Of a stretch of 64,000 bases of DNA, positions 9,150 to 18,771 are shown one piece after another. Under the pieces are notes generated by a model, which made no database searches, was not told where the DNA came from, and was given only the letters and a program-made list of their open reading frames with translations. Both the position numbers and the translations under genes were made by a program. The first letter of the stretch is position 1. Each line of letters opens with the position of its first letter. This DNA comes from Propionibacteriales bacterium. Lineage in GTDB: Bacteria > Actinomycetota > Actinomycetes > Propionibacteriales > Propionibacteriaceae. Location: the NCBI GenBank assembly GCA_038317635.1, contig JBBQBP010000001.1, forward strand, positions 207,957 through 271,956, in the 5' to 3' direction.

Positions 9150-10482
9150 TGGTCTCGCCGCGCATCAGGGGGCCGGAGGTGTTGGGCCCCAGCTGCTGCT
9201 TGGCCAGCCGGCCGATGAGCTGCTGGTTCGTCGTGGCCCGTTCAGCTCGGCCGTTGCTCACGAAGCTGATGATCCAGCGGACGAGCGTCGACACCTGCTG
9301 CTTGAAGCCGGCGATCATCAGGAGGTGGAGCGCCAGCCAGGCGAGCCAGGCGATGAAGCCTGTGAGCCGGATGGACCCGATGCTGGCGACCGCGCGGTAC
9401 TTCGAGATCGTCGCCATGCTGCCCTTGTCCTTGTACGCGAAGGGGCCCGGCGCCGGTCGTCCTTCCACGCGGGCCAGGATGCTCGACGCCGCGTACCGGG
9501 CGGACTGGATCGCGCCCTGCGCCATCCCGGGTACGCCCGGGACCGCCATGAGGTCGCCGATCACGTAGAGCTCGGGGTGCCCGGGGAGGGTGAGGTCCGC
9601 CTCGACCTTGACGCGCCCGGTCCTGTCGACCTCGGCCCCGCACGCGTCGGCGATCTTCTTCCCCAGGGGGTTGGCCTGCACGCCCGCCGCCCACACCTTG
9701 CACATGGCCTCGATGCGTTCCGTCGACCCGTCCGGGCGCTTGAACTCCAGGCCGGTGTCGTCGACAGCGGTGACCATGGCATTGAGCTTGACCTCGACGC
9801 CGAGCCGTTCGAGGTCCTTCTTCGTGTGCGCGCTTAGATGGTCGCCGAACCCGCCGAGAACCTGCGACGCACCGTCCAGGAGGATGACTCGGGCCTTGCT
9901 CGGGTCGATGCGACGGAAGTTGTCCTTGAGCGTTCGGCTGGCCAGCTCGCGGATCTGTCCCGCCATCTCGACGCCGGTGGGCCCAGCTCCTACAACCGCG
10001 AAAGTGAGCATCCAGGTCACGTCGGTCGCCTCGTCCTGGATCTCAGCGAGCTCGAAGGCCCCGAAGATACGGCTCCGCAGCTCCAGGGCATCGTCGATCG
10101 ACTTCATACCGGGCGCGAACGTCGCGTACTCGTCGTGGCCGAAGTAGGACTGCGTGGCTCCTGTCGCCACGACCAGCGAGTCGTACGGAGTCTCCCGCTG
10201 CTTCTCGTGGAACCTCCACCGGACGGACCTGGCGTCCACGTCGACTGATTCGACGAGCCCCTGCAGCACGCGGACGTTGCGGTACCGGTGGAGGATGTCC
10301 CGGGTCGTGGGGGCGATCTCCCCTTCTGACAGGATCCCCGTCGCCACCTGGTAGAGCAGGGGCTGGAACAGATGGTGGTTGCTCTGGTCGATCAGCGTCA
10401 CCTCGACGTCCGCCTTGGCGAGGGCCTTCACCGCGAAGAGCCCACCGAATCCTGAACCCACCACCACTACTCGATGCGTCAT
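9115..10482 (-). CDS. ndh: Type II NADH dehydrogenase (NDH-2)
   Basis: FAD-binding motif VVVVGSGFGGL and a second dinucleotide fold FAVVGAGPTGVEMAG. Strong RBS GAGGAGG precedes the ATG at 10482. C-terminal extension overlaps the TetR stop by about 35 bp. Confidence 0.85.
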   Translation of the reverse strand: MTHRVVVVGSGFGGLFAVKALAKADVEVTLIDQSNHHLFQPLLYQVATGILSEGEIAPTTRDILHRYRNVRVLQGLVESVDVDARSVRWRFHEKQRETPYDSLVVATGATQSYFGHDEYATFAPGMKSIDDALELRSRIFGAFELAEIQDEATDVTWMLTFAVVGAGPTGVEMAGQIRELASRTLKDNFRRIDPSKARVILLDGASQVLGGFGDHLSAHTKKDLERLGVEVKLNAMVTAVDDTGLEFKRPDGSTERIEAMCKVWAAGVQANPLGKKIADACGAEVDRTGRVKVEADLTLPGHPELYVIGDLMAVPGVPGMAQGAIQSARYAASSILARVEGRPAPGPFAYKDKGSMATISKYRAVASIGSIRLTGFIAWLAWLALHLLMIAGFKQQVSTLVRWIISFVSNGRAERATTNQQLIGRLAKQQLGPNTSGPLMRGETISPTRAQRPAS

Positions 10483-10677
10483 GTCGCCTCCTCGAGACCT
10501 CTCACTCGTCACAACACTCTCCGTCGCAGAAACCTTTCGCTTCGTCGGCATCGCCTGCACCCTGAGCCAGGCACAACCCCTTTACCCGTGGTTCCTCGGG
10601 AAGCACCCCTGATGCCTGGCGCACAGGTTCCTCATAAGGTGGTATCAAGAAATCACAGATTCTTGAGGAGACCCCGC

Positions 10678-11403
10678 ATGTCCGCGACCGCCGTCTACAC
10701 CCCCCCGGCACCGACACAGGAGCGAGCGGCCGTCCGTACCGAGCACCTCACCAAGATCTACGGCAAGGGCGAAGCGACCGTCCATGCTCTGGACCGGGTC
10801 ACGCTCGAGATCTTCGCTGGCCAGTACACGGCGATCATGGGCCAGTCGGGGTCCGGCAAGTCGACGCTGCTCCATTGCATTGCGGGACTCGACTCTCCCT
10901 CGGGCGGCAGGGTCTGGATCGGCGACACCGAGATCACGGCCCTGGCCGACAAGCCGCTCACTCTCATCCGTCGCGAGGCCGTCGGCTTCGTCTTCCAGTC
11001 GTTCAACCTGCTGCCGACGCTCGATGCGAAGGACAACATCCTCCTGCCGCTCAAGCTGGCCGGGAAGAAGCCGGACCAGGAGTGGTATGACCAGGTGATC
11101 GACGTCCTCGGGCTGCGGGACCGCCTCACGCACCGGCCGTCCGAGCTCTCCGGCGGTCAGCAGCAGCGAGTCGCCGTCGCGCGCGCCATGATCACGAGGC
11201 CCACCGTGATCTTCGCCGACGAGCCCACCGGCGCCCTCGACTCGGCTTCCGGTACCGCGCTTCTCCGGTTCCTCCGCCACAGCGTCGACCAGCTCGGGCA
11301 GACCGTCGTCATGGTCACGCACGACGCCCAGGCGGCCTCGTTCGCCGACCGCATCATCAGGCTCGCCGACGGCCACGTCGTCGCCGACGAGCGGAGGAAG
11401 TGA
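10678..11403 (+). CDS. ABC transporter ATP-binding protein (MacB/LolD/FtsE-like)
   Basis: Walker A GQSGSGKST. Signature LSGGQQQRVAVARA. Walker B IFADEPTGALD. Start taken at the internal ATG of the longer track ORF. Confidence 0.9.
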   Translation: MSATAVYTPPAPTQERAAVRTEHLTKIYGKGEATVHALDRVTLEIFAGQYTAIMGQSGSGKSTLLHCIAGLDSPSGGRVWIGDTEITALADKPLTLIRREAVGFVFQSFNLLPTLDAKDNILLPLKLAGKKPDQEWYDQVIDVLGLRDRLTHRPSELSGGQQQRVAVARAMITRPTVIFADEPTGALDSASGTALLRFLRHSVDQLGQTVVMVTHDAQAASFADRIIRLADGHVVADERRK

Positions 11404-13856
11404 TGCTGCGCGAGCCCCGCAGGCTCATCGCGTCCATCATCGCCATCGCGGTCGGCGTCGCCTTCGCCGCCGCGACGTTCTTCCTTTCCGCCTCGCTCGA
11501 GAAGAGCATCAATGCCCAGGTCGCCGGCCCTGCCGAGGGAGCCTCGGTGGTGGTCTCGTCGGGTCGAGGGGGGATGATCTCGCCGACGCTGGTGACGAAG
11601 CTCGCCGAACAGCCGGGTGTGACCAAGGTCCACGCGGATGCGTACGCGTTCTTCGAGCAGAAGACGAGCAAGGGCAGCCAGTACCTCATCCTTCGCCAGA
11701 TGCCGGATGCCGACTCCTCGACCAAGGTCATCGACGGACGTCTGCCGGCGGCCAAGGGCGAGGTCGCGTTCACACAGTCGTTCGCCAAGGACCGCCAGGT
11801 CTCCGTCGGCTCCACGATCGAGGTCTACTCGCCCGATCACTCCGAGACCGCGACGCTCACAGTGGTGGGGATCATCGTCCCCGGTGAAGAGTACGGCGAC
11901 CCGACGGGAACCTTCGCGGTTGCCACCCCCGATGACCTGTTCCGTTGGGGCGAGCAGGGCCGCAGCAGCGGGTACTCCACCGCGATCCTCTTCGGCGGAG
12001 ATCCCACGGCCCTGAAGCAGTCGGTCGGAGCCATGAGCGAGGTGACATCTGCCCAGCTCACGGTGCTGACAGGCCCCGAGTACATCGATGAGCAGAAGAA
12101 GTCGATCAAGGACGTCTTGTCGCTGGTGACGAACTTCCTGCTCGGGTTCGCGGCAGTCGCACTGTTCGTGGGGGCTCTCGTCATCGCCAACACGTTCTCC
12201 ATCCTGGTAGCTCAGCGGTCCCGGCAGCTCGCCCTGCTGCGTTGCGTCGGCGCGACGAGGAGCCAGGTGTTCCGTACGGTCATCGCCGAGGCGTTGCTCA
12301 TGGGAGTCGTCGGTGGCGCCGTGGGCGTGCTCGGCGGCGGCATCTTCGCCTTCGTCATCGTTCAGATCGCCAAAGCGGCCAACTTCGGCCTCAACGACTT
12401 CGCCATCACGCCGACGGCGATCCTCGTCCCGTTGGGCATCGCGATCGCCATCACGCTGTTCGCAGCCTTCCGTCCCGCGCTCCGAGCGACCCGGGTCGCA
12501 CCGCTCGCGGCTCTCCAGCCTCAGCTCGAACCCGTCATGGGCCGGCGCGCCAGCCTGCCGGTACTGATCGCGGGGGCAGTGTTCACGGTCGGGGGTATCG
12601 CTGGCCTGCTCTACAGCGCGATCAAGCCCGGTTGGACCTCGAGCGCCAACACCGACTTCGTCATCGTCGGCATCATCGGCGGTTTCCTGGGCATCGTGGG
12701 CATTCTCATGCTCGGTACGGTCATCGTGCCCGGGCTGGCGAAGTTCGTGGGACTACTCCCGGCCCGCCTCGGTGGCGTGCCGGGGCAGCTGGCTGCTGAG
12801 AACAGCCGCAGGAACCCGAAGCGCGCCACGGCCACCGCGAGCGCTCTGCTGATCGGCATCACGCTCATCTCGATGGCGACCGTCGGTGCCTCCACCGCCA
12901 GTGCGACCGAGCAACGGGCGATGGACCGGCTGTTCCCGTCCGACCTCACGGTCTCAGCTCCCAGCGGCATCTCGGACTCCGTCCTCGCGCGGATCCAGAA
13001 GGCGTCGATCGTGGCCTCCGCCGAGAAGGTGGGCATGAGCGTCGCCGCGCTCGGCACGAGCACCGCTCCGCAGACCGTCCTGGGAGTGGGGACCGACGTG
13101 CGGAACGTGCTCCGCTACCCGGCCTCCGTGGAGGGACTTGCTGACGACACCGTCCTGGTGACGCAGGAGTCGAAGATCGCGGCTGGATCGATGGTCACGC
13201 TCGTGGGCGACACGGGAACCGTCACCCTGCGCGCGGTGGTGCCCTCGCGTTCCCTCGAGGGGGCTGTCGTCACCTGGGCGACGCTGTCCAAGATCAGCGG
13301 GACGATCAACCAGCAGGCGTGGATCCAGCTCAAGGACACCAGCGACCCCAACGGGAAGATCGAAACCCTCTCCAACGAGCTGCAGGATGTTCCCGGCGTA
13401 CAGATCACCGGCGGTATTCAGGCACGCGAGCAGATCCAGCAGATCCTCAACATCGTGCTGGGCGTCGTGATCGGGCTCCTCGCCGCATCCGTGCTCGTGG
13501 CGATCGTGGGCATCTCGAACACCCTCTCGTTGTCGGTGCTGGAACGCACGCGAGAGTCCGCCCTGCTGCGCGCGCTCGGGCTCACCAGGCCTCAGCTGCG
13601 CGGGATGTTCGGGACCGAGGCGATGGTGCTCGCCGGGGTCGGCGTGCTGCTCGGCATCGGGCTCGGGATCGGCTTCGGTATCGCGGGCAGCTTCGCGCTC
13701 CTGAACAAGGCAGTGTCCGAGATCGTGATCGAGGTGCCGTGGCTTCTGCTCCTCGGGATCCTCGCGTTCGGGCTCGGTGCGGGCTGGCTCGCGTCGGTGT
13801 TGCCGTCCATCAGGGCAGGCAAGGTGGAACCCGCCAGCGCGTTGGCTGCTGAGTAG
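11400..13856 (+). CDS. ABC transporter permease with duplicated FtsX-like domains (MacB-type)
   Basis: 818 aa. Start overlaps the upstream stop (GTGATG). Two hydrophobic FtsX-like blocks separated by a large extracytoplasmic region. Confidence 0.85.
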   Translation: MMLREPRRLIASIIAIAVGVAFAAATFFLSASLEKSINAQVAGPAEGASVVVSSGRGGMISPTLVTKLAEQPGVTKVHADAYAFFEQKTSKGSQYLILRQMPDADSSTKVIDGRLPAAKGEVAFTQSFAKDRQVSVGSTIEVYSPDHSETATLTVVGIIVPGEEYGDPTGTFAVATPDDLFRWGEQGRSSGYSTAILFGGDPTALKQSVGAMSEVTSAQLTVLTGPEYIDEQKKSIKDVLSLVTNFLLGFAAVALFVGALVIANTFSILVAQRSRQLALLRCVGATRSQVFRTVIAEALLMGVVGGAVGVLGGGIFAFVIVQIAKAANFGLNDFAITPTAILVPLGIAIAITLFAAFRPALRATRVAPLAALQPQLEPVMGRRASLPVLIAGAVFTVGGIAGLLYSAIKPGWTSSANTDFVIVGIIGGFLGIVGILMLGTVIVPGLAKFVGLLPARLGGVPGQLAAENSRRNPKRATATASALLIGITLISMATVGASTASATEQRAMDRLFPSDLTVSAPSGISDSVLARIQKASIVASAEKVGMSVAALGTSTAPQTVLGVGTDVRNVLRYPASVEGLADDTVLVTQESKIAAGSMVTLVGDTGTVTLRAVVPSRSLEGAVVTWATLSKISGTINQQAWIQLKDTSDPNGKIETLSNELQDVPGVQITGGIQAREQIQQILNIVLGVVIGLLAASVLVAIVGISNTLSLSVLERTRESALLRALGLTRPQLRGMFGTEAMVLAGVGVLLGIGLGIGFGIAGSFALLNKAVSEIVIEVPWLLLLGILAFGLGAGWLASVLPSIRAGKVEPASALAAE

Positions 13857-13909
13857 GTCGCTGCGGCCAGGTCGCCCCCAAAGGCGTCCCGGCGTGCCAT
13901 CGTGAAGAC

Positions 13910-15721
13910 ATGGCTGCGATGACGCTGACATTCCTCGGTGCTGCGGGCACCGTCACGGGCTCCAAGTACCTCGTCGATCTTCCCGGGAGGCGCATCCTCG
14001 TCGACGGGGGGATGTTCCAGGGCGAGAAGGAGTGGCGGGAGATGAACTGGGCGGACTTCCCCGTGCCGCCCAGCTCGATCGACGAGATCGTCCTCACCCA
14101 CGCCCACGCCGATCACTGCGGCTATCTCCCTGCCCTTGTCAGGGACGGCTTCTCCGGCCCGATCTGGTGCACGTACGGCACCGCGAAGCTCGCCTCGATC
14201 GTCCTCATGGACGCCGGCCACCTGCAGGAGAGGGAGGCCCAGTACGCGCGGGAGGGCGGCTACTCCAAGCACGACCCGGCACTGCCCCTCTACACGGTCG
14301 CCGACGTCGAGGAGACGACCCCACTGTTCAAGGTCGTCCCGTTCGACACCGACTTCGACCTCGGGAGCGGGGTCGCGATCCGCATGACCAGGGCCGGCCA
14401 CATCCTCGGTTCCGCGTCGGCGACGCTGTCGACGCCGGAGGGCTCGGTGCTGTTCTCCGGTGATCTCGGGCGCAGCGACCACCCCGTGCTGCGCCCCCGC
14501 GGGACCCCTCCCGGCTCGCCGTTCGTGCTCATCGAGTCGACGTACGGCGACCGCGAGCACCCCGACGCCAAGGGCGCCGAGCACGAGGCGATGGCCGCCG
14601 CCATCCGTCGTACGATCGCGCGTGGCGGCTCGGTGCTCGTCCCCGCGTTCGCCATCGACCGTACGGAGATCGTCCTCAAGGCGCTCACCGAACTGCGCGA
14701 GGCGGGCCGGATCCCGGCCGACGTACCGATCTACGTGAACAGCCCGATGGCCGTCGCGGCACTGGCTGTCTATCGCGAGGCAGAGGGGCGCGGAGAGCTG
14801 CGCGACGACATCCAGCCCGAGGACTTCTTCAACCTGCCGAACCTGCGCGAGATCACCGACCCCGAGGACTCGAAGCGGCTCAACCACCCCGACCAACCGA
14901 GCATCATCATCAGCGCGTCGGGCATGGCCACCGGTGGCCGCGTACTCCACCACCTCGAGGCGATGCTGCCCGACCCGCGCAACTGCGTGATCTTCACCGG
15001 CTACCAGGCCGTCGGCACCCGTGGTCGCACGATGCTCCGTGGCGTGACCGAGATGAAGTTCAGGGGCCGGTACATACCGGTCAAGGCCGAGATCGTCTCC
15101 GACGGCGAGTTCTCCGTACACGCCGATGCGTCCGACCTCATCGACTGGCTCCGCGACCTGTCGCCGCAGCCCGAGACGGTGTTCGTCACGCACGGTGAGG
15201 AAGGCTCGTCCGACGCGTTTGCCGAGAGAGTGCGCGCGGAGCTCGGGCTCACGGTCGTCGTGCCGCGCTTCAAGGAGAAGGTGACCCTGACCCCGCGCGG
15301 TACGTGGGCGCCGCTCAGCCCGGTCGACGGGGCTGTGGCGGGGGCTGAGGTACCGGAGCCTGCGCCCACGCCGCATCCTCCGGTACCTCATCCCCCGTCC
15401 GTACTCCACCCGCCGACGCCGGGCGCGAAGCTGCTGCCGGTACGGAAGGTGGCCGACACCCACGCGGACGACCTCGAGCAGGTCGCGGTGATCCTCGAGA
15501 CCGCGATCGGGCAGGTGCCGTTCCTGCCGGAGGTGAAGCAGGCCGAGGTGTCCGAGCTGCTGCACGAGGTACTGGGCATGGTGCGGGGTAGCTCGCCGGA
15601 CCTCGGAGCCGTACGGGAGGGCGTCAACCTTGCGCTGTACGCGGCGGCCGGCGCCGTCGAGACACCGGGCGGGCAGTCGATCGTCGCCCTCCTCGCGCAC
15701 GTACCGAAGGTGCTCGGCTAG
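13910..15721 (+). CDS. MBL-fold beta-CASP family ribonuclease (COG1236-like) with a Pro-rich linker and an extra C-terminal domain
   Basis: Metal-binding motif LTHAHADHCG. Beta-CASP core. PAPTPHPPVPHPPSVLHPP linker then about 100 further residues. Confidence 0.8.
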   Translation: MAAMTLTFLGAAGTVTGSKYLVDLPGRRILVDGGMFQGEKEWREMNWADFPVPPSSIDEIVLTHAHADHCGYLPALVRDGFSGPIWCTYGTAKLASIVLMDAGHLQEREAQYAREGGYSKHDPALPLYTVADVEETTPLFKVVPFDTDFDLGSGVAIRMTRAGHILGSASATLSTPEGSVLFSGDLGRSDHPVLRPRGTPPGSPFVLIESTYGDREHPDAKGAEHEAMAAAIRRTIARGGSVLVPAFAIDRTEIVLKALTELREAGRIPADVPIYVNSPMAVAALAVYREAEGRGELRDDIQPEDFFNLPNLREITDPEDSKRLNHPDQPSIIISASGMATGGRVLHHLEAMLPDPRNCVIFTGYQAVGTRGRTMLRGVTEMKFRGRYIPVKAEIVSDGEFSVHADASDLIDWLRDLSPQPETVFVTHGEEGSSDAFAERVRAELGLTVVVPRFKEKVTLTPRGTWAPLSPVDGAVAGAEVPEPAPTPHPPVPHPPSVLHPPTPGAKLLPVRKVADTHADDLEQVAVILETAIGQVPFLPEVKQAEVSELLHEVLGMVRGSSPDLGAVREGVNLALYAAAGAVETPGGQSIVALLAHVPKVLG

Positions 15722-15726
15722 AACGC

Positions 15727-15816
15727 CGGTTCATCATGTTAAGTGGGTGGTTGGTAGCTTCACATGGCGGATTGGCCATGTGAAGATGCGACTCGCCCAC
15801 TTAACATGATGAACCG
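15727..15816. terminator. Nested palindromic element between convergent genes: outer 21/23-bp inverted repeat enclosing an 11-bp stem with a 6-nt loop; candidate bidirectional terminator
   Basis: Outer arms CGGTTCATCATGTTAAGTGGGTG / CGCCCACTTAACATGATGAACCG. Inner CTTCACATGGC-ggattg-GCCATGTGAAG. The sequence is AT-rich relative to a 70% GC genome. Confidence 0.5.
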
Positions 15817-15848
15817 ACCAAGGACCGGATCACGCGGCAACGACCTGG

Positions 15849-17729
15849 TCAGGCGCGCAGGGCGCGTTCGATGACAGCTGTTGTTGCTGCAGCCCACGCC
15901 TGCGGGTGGCAGGCGGCCGGGAACGGCAGGGGCGTCGGGGTCTCGTCGGCCCCGTACCCCGCGTACAGCTCGGGGAGCCGGTAGTCGTACGCGGTCGCTG
16001 CGCGGAGAAGCTCGGCGGCGAGCACCTTCGCCTCGGTCGTGAAGCCTTCGCGCAGCATGCCCGACAGGATCACGCCGTTGTCGTGGGTCCAGATGCTGCC
16101 GACGTGGTAACCCAGCGGCCAGTACCCCTCGTTGTCGGTCGACAGCGTGCGGATGCCGTAACCGGAGCGCATCGTCGGATGCAGGAGGCGGTCGACGACG
16201 ACCCTGGACTCATCCGGCGACAGGATGCCGGTGCCGAGCAGGTGACCCATGTTCGAGGCGACGCCGGTGACCGGACGCTTCTCCGCGTCGAGCGCGATCG
16301 CGGGGTACGGCCCGAGCTCGTCCCGTACCCAGAACTGCGCCCGGAAATGCTTCGCCAACGCGGCCGCCCAGGTGCGCCAGGCCGCAGCCTCGTCAGCGTC
16401 ACCCAGACCTTCCAGCAGGCGAGCGCCGACGAGCGCGGCCTCGTGCGCGTACCCCTGCACCTCGCACAGCGCGATCGGTGACGTGGCGAGGCTGCCATCG
16501 GCCCAGCGGATCGAGTCGCCGGAGTCCTTCCAGCCCTGGTTGGACAGGCCGTCGCCGGTGTCGACGTACTCGAGGAAGCCGTCGCGGTCGGCATCCGCGT
16601 GGTCGCGCAACCAGCCGAGCGCGGCGCGGAGGCTGGGTACGAGGGCAGCGAGCTCCTCCTCGGCGAGACCCGCTTCCACGAGCGCGCCCAGAAGGTTGAT
16701 CCACAGGCAGGTGGCGTCGATCGTGCCGTAGTAGACGGGCGGCAGCACGATGTCATGGGTCCCCTCGTGGCGTCCCCCTCCGTACAGGGGCAGCGGTTCC
16801 CCGCGTACCTCGTGCGGGATCTTGCCCGGCTGCTCGGCGGTCTTGAGGTCCGTCGTCGTCCCTTGTCGGGCGGCAAGCACCTTGAGCGTGCCGAGCGCGA
16901 CGTCCGGGGCCCACCACAGGCTGAGGCGGGCCGACAGGATCGAGTCGCGCCCGAACAGCGTGAGGAACCACGGGGCACCGGCGGCGTAGAACGTGTGGTG
17001 CGGGTCGTCATGGTCGGTCATCCGCAGCGCCGCGAGGTCACGGGCGGCGGTCTGTACGAGCAGGTCCAGCGGTTCCGTACCGGTCGTGCGCGGCCGGTCG
17101 CCGGGGCTGTGTACGAAGGGGAAGCTGGGGTCCGACGCGACCAGACGCCACTCCACGGAGGTCTCGCCGCCGGCGGGCACCACGACATCCCACTGCGCGT
17201 GCAGGTCATGGTCCCAGCGCGTCACGATGGCTCCGGGCGCGAGGAAGCAGGCTTCCCCCTCGTGGCCGAAGGGCCAGGTGTACGAGCCGTCGTCCTGAGC
17301 CGTCGTCAGGGGCCTCTCGTCTGCGGACACACTGGCCCGGACGGCCGACATCGGCGTGGAGTCGGGCCGTACCTTGAGCAACAGCGGGAACGTACGGTCC
17401 TCGTGTGCGGCGCTGTGGATGACGATCCGCTCACGGAGACCGTCGGGGGTGAGGCGTCGCTCCCTCCGGCACACGATCGCGGGGTCGGCGCCGAGGTCCG
17501 GGGTGCGCCACACCGTGTCGTACCGGGCGCGCCCCCCACCGGGTTCGACCGTGCCGATCGCCTCGTTGTCCACACCCAGTGCGCTGAGAGTCACCGAGTC
17601 AGCGATCCGTGTGTCCGCGCAGTACACACCCTGGATCGCGGACTCGACGATCTGCCCGTCGCGGCGCGACCAGCATTGCTGCGGCGCAGCCAGCACGACG
17701 CTGAGCTCGTGAAGATAGGGCTGCTCCAT
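15849..17729 (-). CDS. Glycogen-debranching-enzyme N-terminal domain / amylo-alpha-1,6-glucosidase family protein
   Basis: 626 aa from the ATG at 17729 with a GGAGGG RBS. Segments typical of the GDE_N_bis plus six-hairpin glycosidase (GH15/GH63-like) architecture, WINLLGALV and GWKDSGDSIRWADG. Confidence 0.8.
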   Translation of the reverse strand: MEQPYLHELSVVLAAPQQCWSRRDGQIVESAIQGVYCADTRIADSVTLSALGVDNEAIGTVEPGGGRARYDTVWRTPDLGADPAIVCRRERRLTPDGLRERIVIHSAAHEDRTFPLLLKVRPDSTPMSAVRASVSADERPLTTAQDDGSYTWPFGHEGEACFLAPGAIVTRWDHDLHAQWDVVVPAGGETSVEWRLVASDPSFPFVHSPGDRPRTTGTEPLDLLVQTAARDLAALRMTDHDDPHHTFYAAGAPWFLTLFGRDSILSARLSLWWAPDVALGTLKVLAARQGTTTDLKTAEQPGKIPHEVRGEPLPLYGGGRHEGTHDIVLPPVYYGTIDATCLWINLLGALVEAGLAEEELAALVPSLRAALGWLRDHADADRDGFLEYVDTGDGLSNQGWKDSGDSIRWADGSLATSPIALCEVQGYAHEAALVGARLLEGLGDADEAAAWRTWAAALAKHFRAQFWVRDELGPYPAIALDAEKRPVTGVASNMGHLLGTGILSPDESRVVVDRLLHPTMRSGYGIRTLSTDNEGYWPLGYHVGSIWTHDNGVILSGMLREGFTTEAKVLAAELLRAATAYDYRLPELYAGYGADETPTPLPFPAACHPQAWAAATTAVIERALRA

Positions 17730-17853
17730 GTGGGTCCCTCCGTGTCGGCGTCCGCCAACGCTATCGCTGGTTTGCGCGATCAAACCAGGCATCGCGACCA
17801 CCGGAATGCCTGTGCCGTGGAACTCATGCCCGTGCTTCGCGAGGGCCGCCGGG

Positions 17854-18771
17854 TCAGCGGAGGGTGACCACTTCGCTGAGCTGGAGACCGTCCAGCTCAG
17901 CGCGGGTCGGCAGTCCCTCGTAGTCGCCGGTGGTGGACACGCAGAAGGCGGCGACCTTCGTCCCTCGCACCAGGCGTTCGACCGGGCTCAGGTCCTCGAG
18001 CACGCCGGAGAGGTAGCCCGCAGTGAATGCGTCGCCCGCGCCGAGGAGGTCGATGGCTGTGACGGGGATCGCCGGCACCTCGATGGCCTCGGCGGCTGAG
18101 GCCTGCCACACGGCCGCGCCGAGGGCTCCGCGCTTGTCGACCACCTCGAGTCCGCCGGCCGCGAGCTCGGCGGCGCCTCCGTCTGCGAGCAGGGGCAGCT
18201 CGTCCTCAGACCCGATGACGAGCGAAAGGTACGGCAGCAAGGGCCGCAACGTCGTGGCGGCCTGCTTGCGCGACCAGAGCCGCGAGCGGAAGTTCACGTC
18301 GAGACTGACATACCTGTACGCACCGGACCCGACCGCCACCTTAAGCGCGTCGGCCGCGCTCGTACTGAGGGCGGGCGTGATCCCGCTCACGTGGAGGATG
18401 CGTGCGGGGCCGAGACGCTCGACGTCGGTACGACTGATCGCCGAGGCGGCGGATCCCGCCCGGTAGTAGGTGACGGCCGTGGTGTCCGCCGTACGAGCGG
18501 CCGCGATCATGAGGCCCGTGGGTCGCGCGGGGTCCACCTCGACACCGGACACGTCGACACGCTCGCCGCGCAGGGTCCGGACCAGCACCTCCCCGTACGC
18601 GTCGTCGCCCACTCGGGACACCCAGCGGACCTCGTGGCCCAGCCGCGCCAGGCCGATGGCCACCGTCGACTCCGCGCCCGCGATGCGGGCTGTCAGGGTG
18701 CCGGGCACGGTCAGCGGGCCGGCCGATCGGAGAGAGACCATCGTCTCGCCGAACGTCACGACGTCGATCAT
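17854..18771 (-). CDS. kdgK: PfkB-family sugar kinase, 2-dehydro-3-deoxygluconokinase-like
   Basis: PfkB signature GAGDAFTAGYL near the C-terminus. 4-bp overlap with the upstream aldolase gene. Confidence 0.8.
   Translation of the reverse strand: MIDVVTFGETMVSLRSAGPLTVPGTLTARIAGAESTVAIGLARLGHEVRWVSRVGDDAYGEVLVRTLRGERVDVSGVEVDPARPTGLMIAAARTADTTAVTYYRAGSAASAISRTDVERLGPARILHVSGITPALSTSAADALKVAVGSGAYRYVSLDVNFRSRLWSRKQAATTLRPLLPYLSLVIGSEDELPLLADGGAAELAAGGLEVVDKRGALGAAVWQASAAEAIEVPAIPVTAIDLLGAGDAFTAGYLSGVLEDLSPVERLVRGTKVAAFCVSTTGDYEGLPTRAELDGLQLSEVVTLR

Noticed and set aside
13592-15700. 702-aa ORF antisense to the beta-CASP RNase gene
   Set aside because: Low-complexity R/G/A/D-rich shadow ORF. 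The plus-strand frame carries the HxHxDH metallo-beta-lactamase motif.
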